A stretch of 64,000 bases of DNA. Origin: Eledone cirrhosa. Lineage: Eukaryota. The stretch covers positions 19,220,001 through 19,284,000 of the forward strand of contig OZ024749.1 in the NCBI GenBank assembly GCA_964016885.1. Direction: 5' to 3'. The position numbers and the translations under genes are program-made. Numbering within the stretch: position 1 is the first letter of the stretch; each line of letters begins with the position of its first letter. Below, one piece after another: positions 13,986-32,347 of this stretch. The notes beneath the pieces were generated by a model. The model had not been told where the DNA came from and searched no databases. It was given only the letters and a program-made list of their open reading frames with translations.

Positions 13986-14620
13986 TTATATATCTATGTC
14001 TCATTCATGATATTTACATTCTATTATCCATTTCATATGAATTGATAATTCAAATTGATATGACATGACGTAAAGATGTAACTGTATCCTCTCTCTACAT
14101 ATAGCTCTTTCTCCTCTCTCTTTATATATGATGAAGTTTTATGTATCTGTCGCTTTGGTTTTGCCTCTCATATTTCTCTCTTATTTCTCTCTTGGTTTTT
14201 CACCTCCCCCTATATAACTATATTACCTCTCTCTCTCTGTTTTCTCTTTATCTCCATTTTTTCTTTCTCTCCGTCTTTTCTCTAACTGTGCTTAACACTA
14301 TAACTAAATAATTACTGAACTCTCTCTCTATATAGTACTCCCTCTCTCTTGAATCTCTCTATTTGTATGGTGAATTATTATTATTCATCTGTTGCCTTCG
14401 GTTACCTCTCTTTTTTCACCTCCTTCTTCTTTCTCTCTCCCCTCTCTCTCTTTGTTTTTCTTTACCTCCATTTCTTCTTTCTCTCCGTCTTTTTTCCAAC
14501 TGTGCTTAACACTATAACTAAATAATTATAAACACTTCACTACCAAGCCAGCCTCCTAATTTAATGGTCGCTTATATTTATGGTACGTCAAAATTATTTA
14601 TAAAACTGTTTATATATTGT

Positions 14621-14684
14621 ATTTTATCTGACGAAGGCATGCCATATTTTTAATATGGTATCCCTGAAATATGTATAATGAAAT
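14621..14684 (+). ncRNA. Type I hammerhead ribozyme (PLE family A)
   Basis: ATTTTAT-CTGACGA-AGGCATGCCATATT TTT AATATGGTATCCCT-GAAA-TATGTA-TA-ATGAAAT; stem I extends through TATTTATAAAACTGT/ATAGTTTTATAAATA. Confidence 0.82.
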
Positions 14685-14728
14685 AAATATAGTTTTATAA
14701 ATATAGTTTCCATTTGTTTAATATCGTA

Positions 14729-14848
14729 TATATGATATATATATATATATATTATATATATGATATATATATATACATATATATGTATGTATATATGATA
14801 CATATATATGATATATATATATAATATATTTATATATATATATGATAT

Positions 14849-14879
<31 letters not shown>

Positions 14880-14893
14880 GATGTATATATATA

Positions 14894-14925
<32 letters not shown>

Positions 14926-15150
14926 GATGTATATATATATATATATATGATGTATATATATATATGATATATATATATATATATATATATATGATATATA
15001 TATATATATGATATATATATATATGATGTATATATATATGATATATGATATATATATATGATATATATATATATATATATATATGATATATATATATATA
15101 TATATGATATATATATATATATATGATATATATATATATAAATATATATG

Positions 15151-15181
<31 letters not shown>

Positions 15182-15477
15182 ATATATATATGATATATAT
15201 ATGATATATATATATGATATATATATATATATATATATATGATATATATATATATATATATACGATATATATATATGATATATATATATATATGATATAT
15301 ATATATATATATATACGATATATATATATGATATATATATATATACGATATATATATATGATATATATATATATATGATATATATATATGATATATATAT
15401 ATATATATATGATATATATATATGATATATATATATATATGATATATATTTATATATATATATATATATGATATATA

Positions 15478-15517
<40 letters not shown>

Positions 15518-15782
15518 ATATATATTTATATATATATATATATATGATATATATTTATATATATATATCATATATATATATATATATATATATGATATAT
15601 ATTTATATATATATATATCATATATATATATATATATATATATGATATATATTTATATATATATATATATGATATATATTTATATATATATATATATGAT
15701 ATATATTTATATATATATATATATGATATATATTTATATATATATATATATGTAATATATATATATATATAAAATATATATA

Positions 15783-15812
<30 letters not shown>
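14729..15812. repeat. (TA)n/(AT)nG array
   Basis: Direct reading. Confidence 0.95.
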
Positions 15813-15816
<4 letters not shown>

Positions 15817-15950
15817 TACTAGGGAGAGGATCAGGGGTGTATAACACTCCACTTATCCAGCAGGCAGTATGAGGTTAGCTCGATGTCTGAGGACAGAGCC
15901 GTGATATAATAAATAACAAAGAACGCCTATAGCATATGCATATCTTTACT

Positions 15951-15996
15951 TGCTAACATTGTTTCATCCGCACCATAAGTGGGACTCATCAGAGCA
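15951..15996 (-). ncRNA. Minimal type I hammerhead ribozyme (family D)
   Basis: Reverse complement of 19780-19825. Confidence 0.85.
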
Positions 15997-18900
15997 TAAA
16001 GGTTAATTACATACCATACAAGCAATAACAAATCCAAGACATTGAAGAATGAAAAATAATAGAAGATAATGGATATTAAGGAAGTAAAAGTAAAAATAAG
16101 AATAAAAATAAAAATAAAAATAAAGATAAAATAATAAAATAAACAATGAAAAATAAGCAATGAAAAATAAGGGGTGCTATCAGTCACAGTTGGGCGGGGT
16201 GCTGTCAACATATAGTTACATACAAGCATACACATGGATAAGAGAACAGACAAGAGTAGATAAGATAGATAGGATTAGGTAAGAGTAGGTAAAAAATAGG
16301 TGAAAAACAGACTTATAATATATATAAGAAAATATAAAGAAATATATAACAAACTTACATATAAAATATAAAATATACAGATAATAGTGATACAGGGTAA
16401 GGAATGAAATAAAATAATATAAAATTAAAATTAAAATTATATAAAATAGAACATAATATAATATAATCATAAAATAAGATAAAATAAGGTAAACTAAAAT
16501 AAAATAAAGTAGACTAAAGTAAAATAATATAATATAATATAAGATATAATTATAATTAAATGTAATTAAATAAATAAATAAATAAATAAAATAAAATAAA
16601 TAAATAAAATTAAATTTAAATAAATAAATAAATAAATAAGTAAATAAATAAATAAATAAATAAATGAAATTAAATAAGTAAATAAATAAAATTAGATAAA
16701 ATGAAATGAAATAAAATAAAATAAAATGAAATAAAGTAAATTGAGATAAGATATATATTTTTTTAGAATATATCTCTTGAATATATCAGGGGCCCACGAA
16801 GGCACTAAGTGTCACAGTTATCTGTATCACTTGACCATTTTTAAAAAATATATTTCTTGAAAATATCAGGGGCCCACGAAGGCACTAAGTGTCACAGTCA
16901 CCAGTATCACTTGACCATTGCAAGGCAATGGATGCGTCCCAGGTTGGGCAGTCTCAAAAGTTCACTCGAAAGTCACGGGTGTGCATTCACACAGTTGAGC
17001 GGTGGGGTAATCACAAACCGGTTCACACCCGGGCAGGAGTCCAATGGTCAAACAGAGGTGCATCGAAGGAAGGTAGAAGAATTCACGTGCAGTAGCAAGC
17101 GAGGTGCAGGCGGGTTAGCCAAAGCAAGCAGACACAGTTGGAGCGCATACAAAAGATATATAAAAAGACAAAAGATATATAAAAGATATATAAAAAATAT
17201 ATATAAAAAATAGCTTCAAGAGCCATGAAGTCACCGCATTGGGACATCACAAGATTGTACACATCAATATGTTCAGCACGTATATGCACATATACACACC
17301 ACATGCATATGCAGAGACGGTATACATATATATATATTTTTTTATATACAGACATATACAACCACCTACACCCATACACATATAAATGTATACACAGACA
17401 CACACGCACACACACACAGCGTAGGACACCCAGGTCAAAGCTGATATTAAACACCGAAATACCACATTAGGCAAGACCCACCACCACGGATAATACATTC
17501 AAAATAAATACATACGATGAGATGTAGTAAAATAAAGTTGAATTCCTACGGAGATAATCATTATTCCTTATTTCTCCAGTTGGGCTATCTTGTGTAACTG
17601 TCTCTGATTGTGTGTAGCTGTCTCCTATTGTTGGTCTTCTATGTATATGAGTCGGTGAGTGTATATGTATGCCTGCGGGAGGATATTGATCTGGATATTG
17701 GGGTGTACAGGTGAGTGGGTGTGTATGTTAATAAGCACCCCTGTTTGGCACAGCGGATGTAACCCATCCACGCTCGCCTACCCACCATTGGTGCATTGGT
17801 GGGTCTATCCTGACGTATATCTTGTGGATCTGTACCTCTGTATGCGCATGAGTTGTGATGTAATGTATCTATGTGGAGCGTGTACTGTGATATAGGCTGC
17901 ACTAATAGAAATTTAGCCTGTAACTGTGGGCGGACCTGTGCCATCCCGCCGTAAGCAGTAGATACGTGGCGCATGTACGTGTTGCCCTCATATTCTGTGG
18001 TTTAAGATCTACAGGCTGACTTCTGGGAGCTCTTGCCCGGGGTTGTAGTCTTTCTAGCACGATCGGCCTTCCATATATTGACGGTCGTTGTTATGATCCC
18101 GAAAGTAACGTTTTGGCCCCGATAGCCCTCCGTAGTTACTAACGGTCTGTGTACACTTGAATCGGGCAATGGCACGTGCGGACATGATTATCTCCGTAGG
18201 AATTCAACTTTATTTTACTACATCTCATCGTATGTATTTATTTTGAATGTATTATCCGTGGTGGTGGGTCTTGCCTAATGTGGTATTTCGGTGTTTAATA
18301 TCAGCTTTGACCCGGGTGTCCTACGCTGTGTGTGTGTGTGTGTGTGTGTCTGTGTATACATTTATATGTGTATGGGTGTAGGTGGTTGTATATGTCTGTA
18401 TATAAAAAAATATATATATATATATGTATACCGTCTCTGCATATGCATGTGGTGTGTATATGTGCATATACGTGCTGAACAAATTGATGTGTACAATCTT
18501 GTGATGTCCCAATGCGGTGACTTCATGGCTCTTGAAGCTATTTTTTATATATATACTTTTTATATATCTTTTATATATCTTTTGTCTTTTTATATATCTT
18601 TTGTATGCGCTCCAACTGTGTCTGCTTGCTTTGGCTAACCCGCCTGCACCTCGCTTGCTACTGCACGTGAATTCTTCTACCTTCCTTCGATGCACCTCTG
18701 TTTGACCATTGGACTCCTGCCCGGGTGTGAACCGGTTTGTGATTACCCCACCGCTCAACTGTGTGAATGCACACCCGTGACTTTCGAGTGAACTTTTGAG
18801 ACTGCCCAACCTGGGACGCCTCCATTGCCTTGCAATGGTCAAGTGATACTGGTGACTGTGACACTTAGTGCCTTCGTGGGCCCCTGATATTTTCAAGAAA

Positions 18901-19089
18901 TATATTTTTTAAAAATGGTCAAGTGATACAGATAACTGTGACACTTAGTGCCTTCGTGGGCCCCTGATATATTCAAGAGATATATTCTAAAAAAATATAT
19001 ATCTTATCTCAATTTACTTTATTTCATTTTATTTTATTTTATTTCATTTCATTTTATCTAATTTTATTTATTTACTTATTTAATTTCAT

Positions 19090-19137
<48 letters not shown>

Positions 19138-19175
19138 ATTTAATTTTAATTTTAATTTTATTTATTTATTTAATT

Positions 19176-19211
<36 letters not shown>

Positions 19212-19779
19212 TTACATTTAATTATAATTATATCTTATATTATATTATATTATTTTACTTTAGTCTACTTTATTTTATTTTAGTTTACCTTATTTTATCT
19301 TATTTTATGATTATATTATATTATGTTCTATTTTATATAATTTTAATTTTAATTTTAATTTTATATTATTTTATTTCATTCCTTACCCTGTATCACTATT
19401 ATCTGTATATTTTATATTTTATATGTAAGTTTGTTATATATTTCTTTATATTTTCTTATATATATTATAAGTCTGTTTTTCACCTATTTTTTACCTACTC
19501 TTACCTAATCCTATCTATCTTATCTACTCTTGTCTGTTCTCTTATCCATGTGTATGCTTGTATGTAACTATATGTTGACAGCACCCCGCCCAACTGTGAC
19601 TGATAGCACCCCTTATTTTTCATTGCTTATTTTTCATTGTTTATTTTATTATTTTATCTTTATTTTTATTTTTATTTTTATTCTTATTTTTACTTTTACT
19701 TCCTTAATATCCTTTATCTTCTATTATTTTTCATTCTTCAATGTCTTGGATTTGTTATTGCTTGTATGGTATGTAATTA

Positions 19780-19825
19780 TGCTCTGATGAGTCCCACTTA
19801 TGGTGCGGATGAAACAATGTTAGCA
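19780..19825 (+). ncRNA. Minimal type I hammerhead ribozyme (family D)
   Basis: TGCT-CTGATGA-GTCCCAC TTATG GTGCGGAT-GAAA-CAATG-TT-AGCA. Confidence 0.87.
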
Positions 19826-19864
19826 AGTAAAGATATGCATATGCTATAGGCGTTCTTTGTTATT

Positions 19865-24226
<4,362 letters not shown>

Positions 24227-26308
24227 TTTTTCGCCCTAACTCTCCTGCTCTGAGCCTGTGCTACAGTAAAGCCAGAGTCCTGGTGTTTCTCCAGTGCAAG
24301 GCGCATACAATAGTCCACTACGATGATAAAAAGGTAGGGAGCACTCCAGCCAGTATCTCAAAGAACTCTGTCATCTCATCAGGTGTAATGACTTGGGCTT
24401 TGGTGTTGGTGTATATCAGGTCTACTATCTTCTTGGGGATTCCATAAGCCTGTAAGATCTTCATCAGGCAGTAACGGTCAACAGAATCAAAGGCCTTCCT
24501 AAAGTCAATGAAAACCATGACCGCAGGAAGGCGCTTTGCTCTAGCTCCCTCTAATATCCTCCTCAGCATCAGGATATGACTGGTGGTTGATCTACCCTCT
24601 CTGAAGCCGTTCTGGTTGTCCCTGAGCTTCTTCTCCATCTCAGGCTGGATCCTGTTAAGAATCATCCTGTTGAGGGTCTTTGCCACAAGTGACGTCAGTG
24701 AGATCCCCCGGTAGTTGTTGGTGTTAGAGAGATCTCCCTTCTTTGGCACTGGGACGATGTTACTGATCCTCCACTGATTCGGGGCAACTCCTTTCTCCAG
24801 TGCCCCGTTACAGAACCCCAGGATGATATCATCAAAATCACACCTCTTCATCACCTCTGATGCCACTCCATCTTCTCCATGAGCCTTGGCCTCCTTGATC
24901 CTCTTCTTGGCTCTCTGAAGCTCCTCTCTGGTGAAGGGCTCTGTCTCAACATCCAGTTCCTCAAACAGCCGCCTGATCTCCCCAGTGCTCTGGGCTGTGG
25001 AGGGTGGCTCTCCTAGTAGGGTCCTAAAATGGTCTAGCCATTTCCTCTTCCTATCCTCGGGCCCCGTTCCCTGGATCTGACTCGAACACCTTCTCTTCCT
25101 CCCTGTGATCTCGCTGATGATTATCCAGCTCTCCTTACATCCAGATCTGTCAACCGCTCTCTCCCTACTTCTGATCTTCTCTATCAGTGCCTCCTCTCTG
25201 ACCTCAGTGTAAGCGGTACAGAGCTCTTCCCTCATCACCTCCACAGTCTCCATCCTCTCCTCCGTAGGATCAGCATAGAATTGGTCCCTGGCAGCTTTCA
25301 GGTGTTCTCTGGCTGCACACACTTTTGGGTTTGCAGAGCTGACGTGCTTCCCTTTGTTCTTTTTCCTCGGCACCAGGGTTTCACTTGCTTCCGCCACTGC
25401 ATTGGTGAAGTGCCCGTACCTCCTCGTCACACTCTCCTCAGTCCATCCAATCTCTCTCTCCTCTGACTCTCCACACAGAGCACTAAACCTGTTTCTCACT
25501 TCCACTGTGAACCTCTCCTGTAGCTTATCATCTTCCTTGAAAGCTCCCCGACATAGTTTTGGTGACAAATACAGTGAAGGAGGCAGAGGATTTGATGCGG
25601 GAGGTTGAAACTGTGTCGATGAGTGTGGGGCTGATAATGAATGAGACTAAAACAAAATATCTGGTAGAGAATGTTGAGAAGCCAGAGGGGATCACTAATG
25701 TAGGCGGGAAGCCGCTGGAATTGGTTGAGGACTTCCTGTATTTGGGAGCAAAGATTGGGAATACGGAAGATGATGTGGTTGAGAGGAAGAGCAAGGCCTG
25801 GGCGGCGTGCCACAGCTTGAGATCGGTGTGGAAGTCGGACCTTCGTAGAGACCTGAAAATCCGCCTCTTCATTGCTGTAGTGGAGTCTGTGCTGCTGTAT
25901 GGGTCTGAGACATGGACACTGACCAAGAAACTCACTCAGATGGTGGATGGGTGCTACACGAGAATGCTGAGGATGGCTCTGAATATTAATCAGTATACAC
26001 TTAGGATGAAAAACTCAGAGCTGTATGGGAGCATCCCAAAAGTCAGCTCAAAAGTGACACAGAGGAGACTGAGGTTAGCTGGACATGCTCACCGACATCC
26101 AGAGTTGACATTGCACTCAGTACTCCTTTGGGAGCCCCTACATGGACACACTAGAAGAGGAAGACCAAGGTTAACGTATGTTGATGCCCTAAGGACAGAC
26201 ACTGGTCTGTTGGAGATACAGGACATGGCAGCGATAATGAGGGACAGAGACCGCTGGAGAGAACTCGTCCATGGATCTCGGGAATTTTACCCGCCTAAGA
26301 TATAGATA
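24227..26308. mobile_element. RTE-like LINE (family X) with inverted 5' segment
   Basis: 24227-25558 minus strand: NYRGISLTS, QNGFR, FIDFRKAFDSV; 25559-26305 plus strand: N.TKTK, FLYLG, LLYGSETWTLT, RRLRLAGH, GRPR. Confidence 0.9.
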
Positions 26309-26581
26309 TATATCATATATATATCATATATCTCATATATATATATCATATATATATATATATATCATATATATCATATATATATATATATATATCATAT
26401 ATATCATATATATATATATCATATATATATCATATATATATATATCATATACCTATATCATATATATATATATCATATATATATATCATATATATATATA
26501 TCATATATATATATCATATATATATATATATCATATATATATATCATCCTGATGATGATGATGATGATGATGAAATATATG

Positions 26582-28935
26582 ATCATCATCATCATCATCA
26601 TCATCAGGTTTAGCGTCCGTGTTCCACGCTTGCATGGGTTTGGACGGGGGTTTTCCCACTTGAGGCAAGAGTGGTTGTCTTGCTCGCATAGGACTGTCTG
26701 GCGGGTTTTCTACAGTTGGATGCCCTTCCTAACACCAACCACATTTACAGTGTGGGGCTGGGAGGTTTTTACCATGTTGCCTACACGGCCACATTACAGC
26801 GTGGACTGTCTGGCGGGTTTTCTACAGCTGGATTCCCTTCCTAACACCAACCACATTTACAGTGTGGGGCTGGGAGGTTTTTACCGTGTTGCCTACACGG
26901 CCACATTTACAGCGTGGACTGTGTGTTTTTTTTTGTCGTGACACCTACACGATCTCATTTGTTTCGGCCTGGATGTTGTGGGACCAACATAACTTTACAT
27001 TGAAAGGGATGGGGTGGAGGTGGTGGGACGGGGGGGGTGTTTTGATAGAGATGCCTACTGACTGTAGTAGGTTTTTACTTTGTATTTAGGTAAGGCGGGT
27101 CTTCTCTATTACTGAGTACTGCCAAAGGTCTCGGTCCAGTGACATTGTCTTGGAGAGGTGTAAGCGTGTGAGGTCGGAATTTATCAGCTCGTCCCATGTT
27201 TTTCTGGGTCTGCCTACTCCGTGGCTACCGTCTATCTTTATTGCCCTGCACTTTGTTATACAGCTGTCGTCTTTCATGCGCATCATGACCGTACCAACCA
27301 TGTTCCACCACCATGTTACTCTCCTCCTACCTACAGGCCTGCTCCAGCCACAGACTTCGTCTGCCGCCGTCAGCAGGTTTGCTCTCAGGAATTCCCACTG
27401 TTCCTCTATATTATACGACTCTAATTGCTCTTCCTTACTGTCGAAAGCGTCAAGTAATATGCTTTGAAATTTATTTCTGGCTATGGGGTCCTTTAGCTTC
27501 CATATTTTTCTCCTGAGGATAGTCCTCTTCCGCTGTCTAGTACGTCTCGTCCTGACTATGAGGTCGCTAATTATCAGTCTATATTGGGAGGTGAATTCTT
27601 CATGGGGGAGGGATTTAGTGTTAACAACAGACACTCTGTCACGTCTTCTGGTAAGGATATAATCTACCTGGCTTGTGTGTTCCCCCGATCTATAGGTGAT
27701 CAAGAGATTGTCTCGTTTTTTGAAGTTAGTGTTACAGATAGTTAAGTTATTTGCGTCGCAGAATTCCAGGATTCTGGAGCCTTCCTCATTTCTAGTACCA
27801 AACCCATAGCCTCCATGGATTCCGTGACCATTTAGGTCGCCTGCAATAACTATATAGTCACTGTCGGTTATTTGGGAGGTAGCGAGCGTCAGTGTCTCGT
27901 AGAATCTGTCTTTTATAGCGCCGGGAAGTCCGGATTGGGGTGCGTACGCAGATATTACTGTCACCGTAGTTTTATTGAGGACAAGTCTTATTTTAATTAT
28001 TCTGTCGTTCACTCTATTTACGTCTATTATCTTATCTGCCCACTTTTCTGCTAACATGATTCCTACCCCACCCAGCCCATTGTCATTTCCCACCCAGAAA
28101 AGCTTATAGCATCGTTTTTTACCCACAATGAATCTAGCAGACCCGCCTTTCCACCTGGTCTCTTGGATGCAGCAGACATCAACCTCCTTACGTTCAAGCA
28201 TTTCTACAACCTTGTTTGAGCGGCCTTTTAAGGTCCCTACATTCTGAAGTTTTGGATTGCGTTTGGTGGGTGGGGTGCAGGGAGGGGTGTGGTTGATGGG
28301 GTTGGGGTTATGTTGGCCATCCGCGGCCGCAACAAAGAGGGTGGGGCTTTGCCCTTTCGTCCGGCAGCATGAGGTGAATTTGTCGTTATCTTTTGCATTG
28401 TCTTCGGGTGTCCAGATTCTTCTGACTCTCCAGAAATTCCCTAGTTCATCCATCATATCGAAAAAGCAACCAGAAGAGCTAGCATAGGTCGTTTACTTGT
28501 GATTGGTCCAAATAATAAGGTGGAGAGTGGGGGCGGGAGGGAGGGGTATGGGGTAGTTTGCGAGGAGCAGAATTATTTTTAGAACAACGGTGAGAAAGAA
28601 CAGAATTATAGAAAGCCAATTTTGAATACGATTTTTGATTCTGGGGGATTGTAAGATATATAGATGAATGAACCGAATGTGGAGAGTTGAGAAGAAATGG
28701 ATATGTACGTTACATTTCGTAGAAGAAAACTGAACAAGCGACCATCAGTAATAGTAGACAAATTATGGGTTTAGTCCCCTGTAGCATGGCTTATTTATAT
28801 TTGGTTGGCAAGGAGTGAGGAGGAGTGTGAGACCAGCGTATATGATAGAGAGAGTGAGGGGGTGAGAGGCGATTTCAGCAGGCCAAGAGAGAGAGAGGGC
28901 AATCCCTAATTTAACCTGGCATAATTTCTTTTTTC
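26582..28935 (-). mobile_element. RTE family A copy with both ends but ~1.8 kb internal deletion removing the RT
   Basis: APE motifs (NVGTL, CIQETRW, SAYAPQ, GDLNGH, QVDYIL), then RVTWWWN fused to MRMKDDSC near 27290; 5' end matches 32350 onward. Confidence 0.9.
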
Positions 28936-28995
28936 GGCCAAAATGGTTGCAGAAATATTATTTAGAATTGTAGAAAGACATATATATATATATAT

Positions 28996-29069
<74 letters not shown>

Positions 29070-29276
29070 CATATATATATATATATATCATATATATCAT
29101 ATATATATATCATATATATCATATATATATATCATATATATATATATATATCATATATATATATATCATATATATATCATATATATATATATCATATATA
29201 TATATATATCATATATATATATATATATATATATATCATATATATATATATCATATATATATATATATTATATATA

Positions 29277-29465
29277 ACGAAGGAAATGTGGTAAGGAACC
29301 AGGTGGACCATAACGCACCAAAGTACTCAATACTTGAGGTAGTAGAGTGGGTAATAGGAACCAGTAAGACCCCGACAGCTGATCTCAAGCCGTTTCGACG
29401 GCTAATTCCAGAATTAGCCGTCGAAACGGCTTGAGCTCAGCTGTCGGGGTCTTACTGGTTCCTAT
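29277..29465. mobile_element. Fold-back palindrome (29354-29465) with one-sided ~77 nt tail (family F)
   Basis: ~55 bp arms around CA at 29409-29410; each arm carries GAAACGGCTTGAGCTCAGCTGTCGGGG (one mismatch). Confidence 0.85.
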
Positions 29466-29536
29466 ATTATATATATATTATATATATATATATTATATAT
29501 AATATAAGATCAAAAGATGGTTAAAGGAGTTCAATA

Positions 29537-29607
29537 TATTTTATTATGCGCATTTCAAAAACAAACATCATCAAACAATAATATTTGTGTTTTCATCAGA
29601 TAAAACA
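29537..29607 (-). ncRNA. Type I hammerhead ribozyme (family C)
   Basis: Reverse complement of 31260-31330. Confidence 0.82.
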
Positions 29608-31259
29608 GGAGAACATGATATGAAGGCTAAAAAAAAACACTTGTTGATAGTGCAGTTTTAAATCAACATATGAAAAGTGGTTTTAGATTGATGTGTGATA
29701 TTGGGAAAAATATTTTATTTAGAGAGGGGGGGAGAGAAAAGGATGAAAAGGGAAGGAGATGAGAGGGAGAGATGGGTGATAGAGAGAAAGAGATAGTTTT
29801 TATAACAGAGAGGAGATATATTTTATATAGAGGGGTTGAAAACCGTTGGAAGATACTGTATAAATTAAAAATTTTGAAAATTAACGAAGGGAGGATATGT
29901 GCGAGGAAAAAATATATTATATTTAGGGAGGGGTGGGGGTGGAAAGGATGAAAAAAAGGGGAGGAGATGAGAGTGAAGGTGGAAAGGGAGAGATGGGTGA
30001 TAGAGAGAAAGAGATAGTTTTTATAACTGAGAAAAAGATATAATGTTTTAATATAGAGAGGTTGGGAACCGTTGGAAGATAATGTATAAATTAAAGGAAT
30101 TTGAAAATTAACGAAGGGAAATTATGTATGGAGATAGAGAGAAAAAAATAACGAAGGGAGATTATGTATGGAGATAGAGAGAAAAAAAATAATAATTGTG
30201 GGTGAATATTCAAAAGGAGAAATGTAGGAATTTTAAAATTAGCAAAGAGAAAAAGTTTATGTATAGGATTTGAGAAAAATAATGTGAAGTTAGAGTTTTT
30301 ATATTGAATTCATATGTATTAATAATGAGTTCGTTGATGGGGAGAAAAAAATAATAATAAATTAAGGATGAAATTGAGATTAAAAAGATTTATGATAGAG
30401 AGAAAAAATAATAATGATTGCGGATGAATACTCAAAATGTCAAAAACAAATGTTATTGTTTTACGAGGAGATATAATGAGGGTGATGAGTAAACGGGTAT
30501 TATAGAGTGTATAATGCCCTTTAAAGTAAGGTAGATGGGTATATTTTAAAGAATATATGAGTATATATTAAAAAAAATATATAATAATAAATTAAGGATG
30601 AAATTGAGATTAAAAAGATTTATGATAGAGGGAAAAAAAATAATAATGATTGCGGATGAATATTCAAAATGTCAAAAACAAATGTTATTGTTTTACGAGA
30701 AGATAGGATGAGGTAAATGAGTAAACGAGTACTATAGAGTGTATAATGCCCTTTAAAGTAAGGTAGATGGGTATATTTTAAAGAGGTGTATGTATATGTG
30801 CCTTTGAGAAAAGATTCTAAATTGATAAAGAATTGAATATTAACTGTATACTTTGTGAAAAGTTCTATGGAATTTATGCAGGCAGATGGAAAACAAATCC
30901 GAGCGTCTATTTATTATGGATTCTAGGTTAGAGATAATGGTAAATTTTTCATTTAGGCAGAGATTACAGATTTTAGATAGAGAACTGTTCAAGTACGAGG
31001 ATGCAGAAGAAATCTTTTTCCAAAAGATGTTATATTTAATGTTTTTGTCTTTTAAGGACCATATGAGTTCTGAGAGAGCAGTGTTAGTTCTTTTAAGTTT
31101 GTATTTGAAAGATGAATGATGATTATAGAGACGAGCTTTAAAAGAGGTGGAAGTGGAGCCAAAATAGGTGAACACATCAATCTAAAACCACTTTTCATAT
31201 GTTGATTTAAAACTGCACTATCAACAAGTGTTTTTTTTAGCCTTCATATCATGTTCTCC

Positions 31260-31330
31260 TGTTTTATCTGATGAAAACACAAATATTATTGTTTGATGAT
31301 GTTTGTTTTTGAAATGCGCATAATAAAATA
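31260..31330 (+). ncRNA. Type I hammerhead ribozyme (family C)
   Basis: TGTTTTAT-CTGATGA-long stem II-GAA-ATGCGCAT-A-ATAAAATA; stem III is a perfect 8 nt palindrome. Confidence 0.83.
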
Positions 31331-31475
31331 TATTGAACTCCTTTAACCATCTTTTGATCTTATATTATGCATACTCCAGTCCCACAAACTGTAGAGTGCT
31401 TCTTATCCGATATCTGCATTGCTTTATTGTACTACAATAAAACTCACCTCCTACATATATTATATATATATATAT

Positions 31476-31507
<32 letters not shown>

Positions 31508-31583
31508 ATATCATATATATATATATATATATATCATATATATATATATATCATATATATATATATATTATATATATATATAT

Positions 31584-31615
<32 letters not shown>

Positions 31616-31897
31616 ATATTATATATATATATATCATATATATATCATATATATATATCATATATATATATATATTATATATATATATATTATATATATA
31701 TATATATTATATATATATATATCATATATATATCATATATATATATATTATATATATATATATCATATATATCATATATATACATATCATATATATATAT
31801 ATCATATATATATATTATATATATATATATTATATATATATATATCATATATATATATATCATATATATATATATCATATATATATATATATCATAT

Positions 31898-32086
31898 AAC
31901 GAAGGAAATGTGGTAAGGAACCAGGTGGACCATAACGCACCAAAGTACTCAATACTTGAGGTAGTAGAGTGGGTAATAGGAACCAGTAAGACCCCGACAG
32001 CTGAGCTCAAGCCGTTTCGACGGCTAATTCTGAATTAGCCGTCGAAACGGCTTGAGCTCAGCTGTCGGGGTCTTACTGGTTCCTAT
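31898..32086. mobile_element. Fold-back palindrome (31976-32086) with one-sided tail (family F)
   Basis: Near-identical to 29277-29465, same orientation; 1 nt centre at 32031. Confidence 0.85.
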
Positions 32087-32284
32087 ATATCATATATATA
32101 TATATATCATATATATATATCATATATATATATATATCATATATATATATATCATATATATATATATATCATATATATATATATCATATATATATATATA
32201 TATCATATATATATATATATATCATATATATATATATATTATATATATCATATATATATATATATTATATATATCATATATATA

Positions 32285-32333
<49 letters not shown>

Positions 32334-32347
32334 ATATATAAAAAAAA

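Larger units (their letters stand above)
7571..14728. mobile_element. Naiad-type PLE family A, inverted-repeat insertion with nested elements
   Basis: Left arm ~7655-8897 is the reverse complement of ~13533-14728; ~85 nt tail 7571-7655 on the left arm only; GIY-YIG coding piece starts right after the 8897 junction; HHR in each arm. Confidence 0.85.
15813..19872. mobile_element. Non-coding inverted-repeat element (family D) with an HHR in each ~1.65 kb arm
   Basis: ~15904-17559 is the reverse complement of ~18186-19872; unique spacer 17560-18185; ~90 nt tail 15813-15903 on the left arm only; (AAAT)n tract and ~80 bp tandem duplication in each arm. Confidence 0.85.
29500..31454. mobile_element. 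Naiad-type PLE family C, inverted-repeat insertion
   Basis: Long minus arm 29500-31172 with GIY-YIG C-half (ORF 30840..31175: YFGST..FKARLYNH..CNLCLNEK); short plus arm ~31173-31368 plus tail to 31454. Confidence 0.88.

Noticed and set aside
16857-18896. Mirror ORFs MKISGAHEGTK... in family D arms
   Set aside because: Non-ATG starts, no recognisable domain, run into low-complexity sequence; duplicated only because of the inverted repeat.
15813-19872. Long inverted repeats as DNA-transposon TIRs
   Set aside because: Ends are asymmetric, arms carry HHRs, sibling elements contain PLE GIY-YIG and no transposase is visible.
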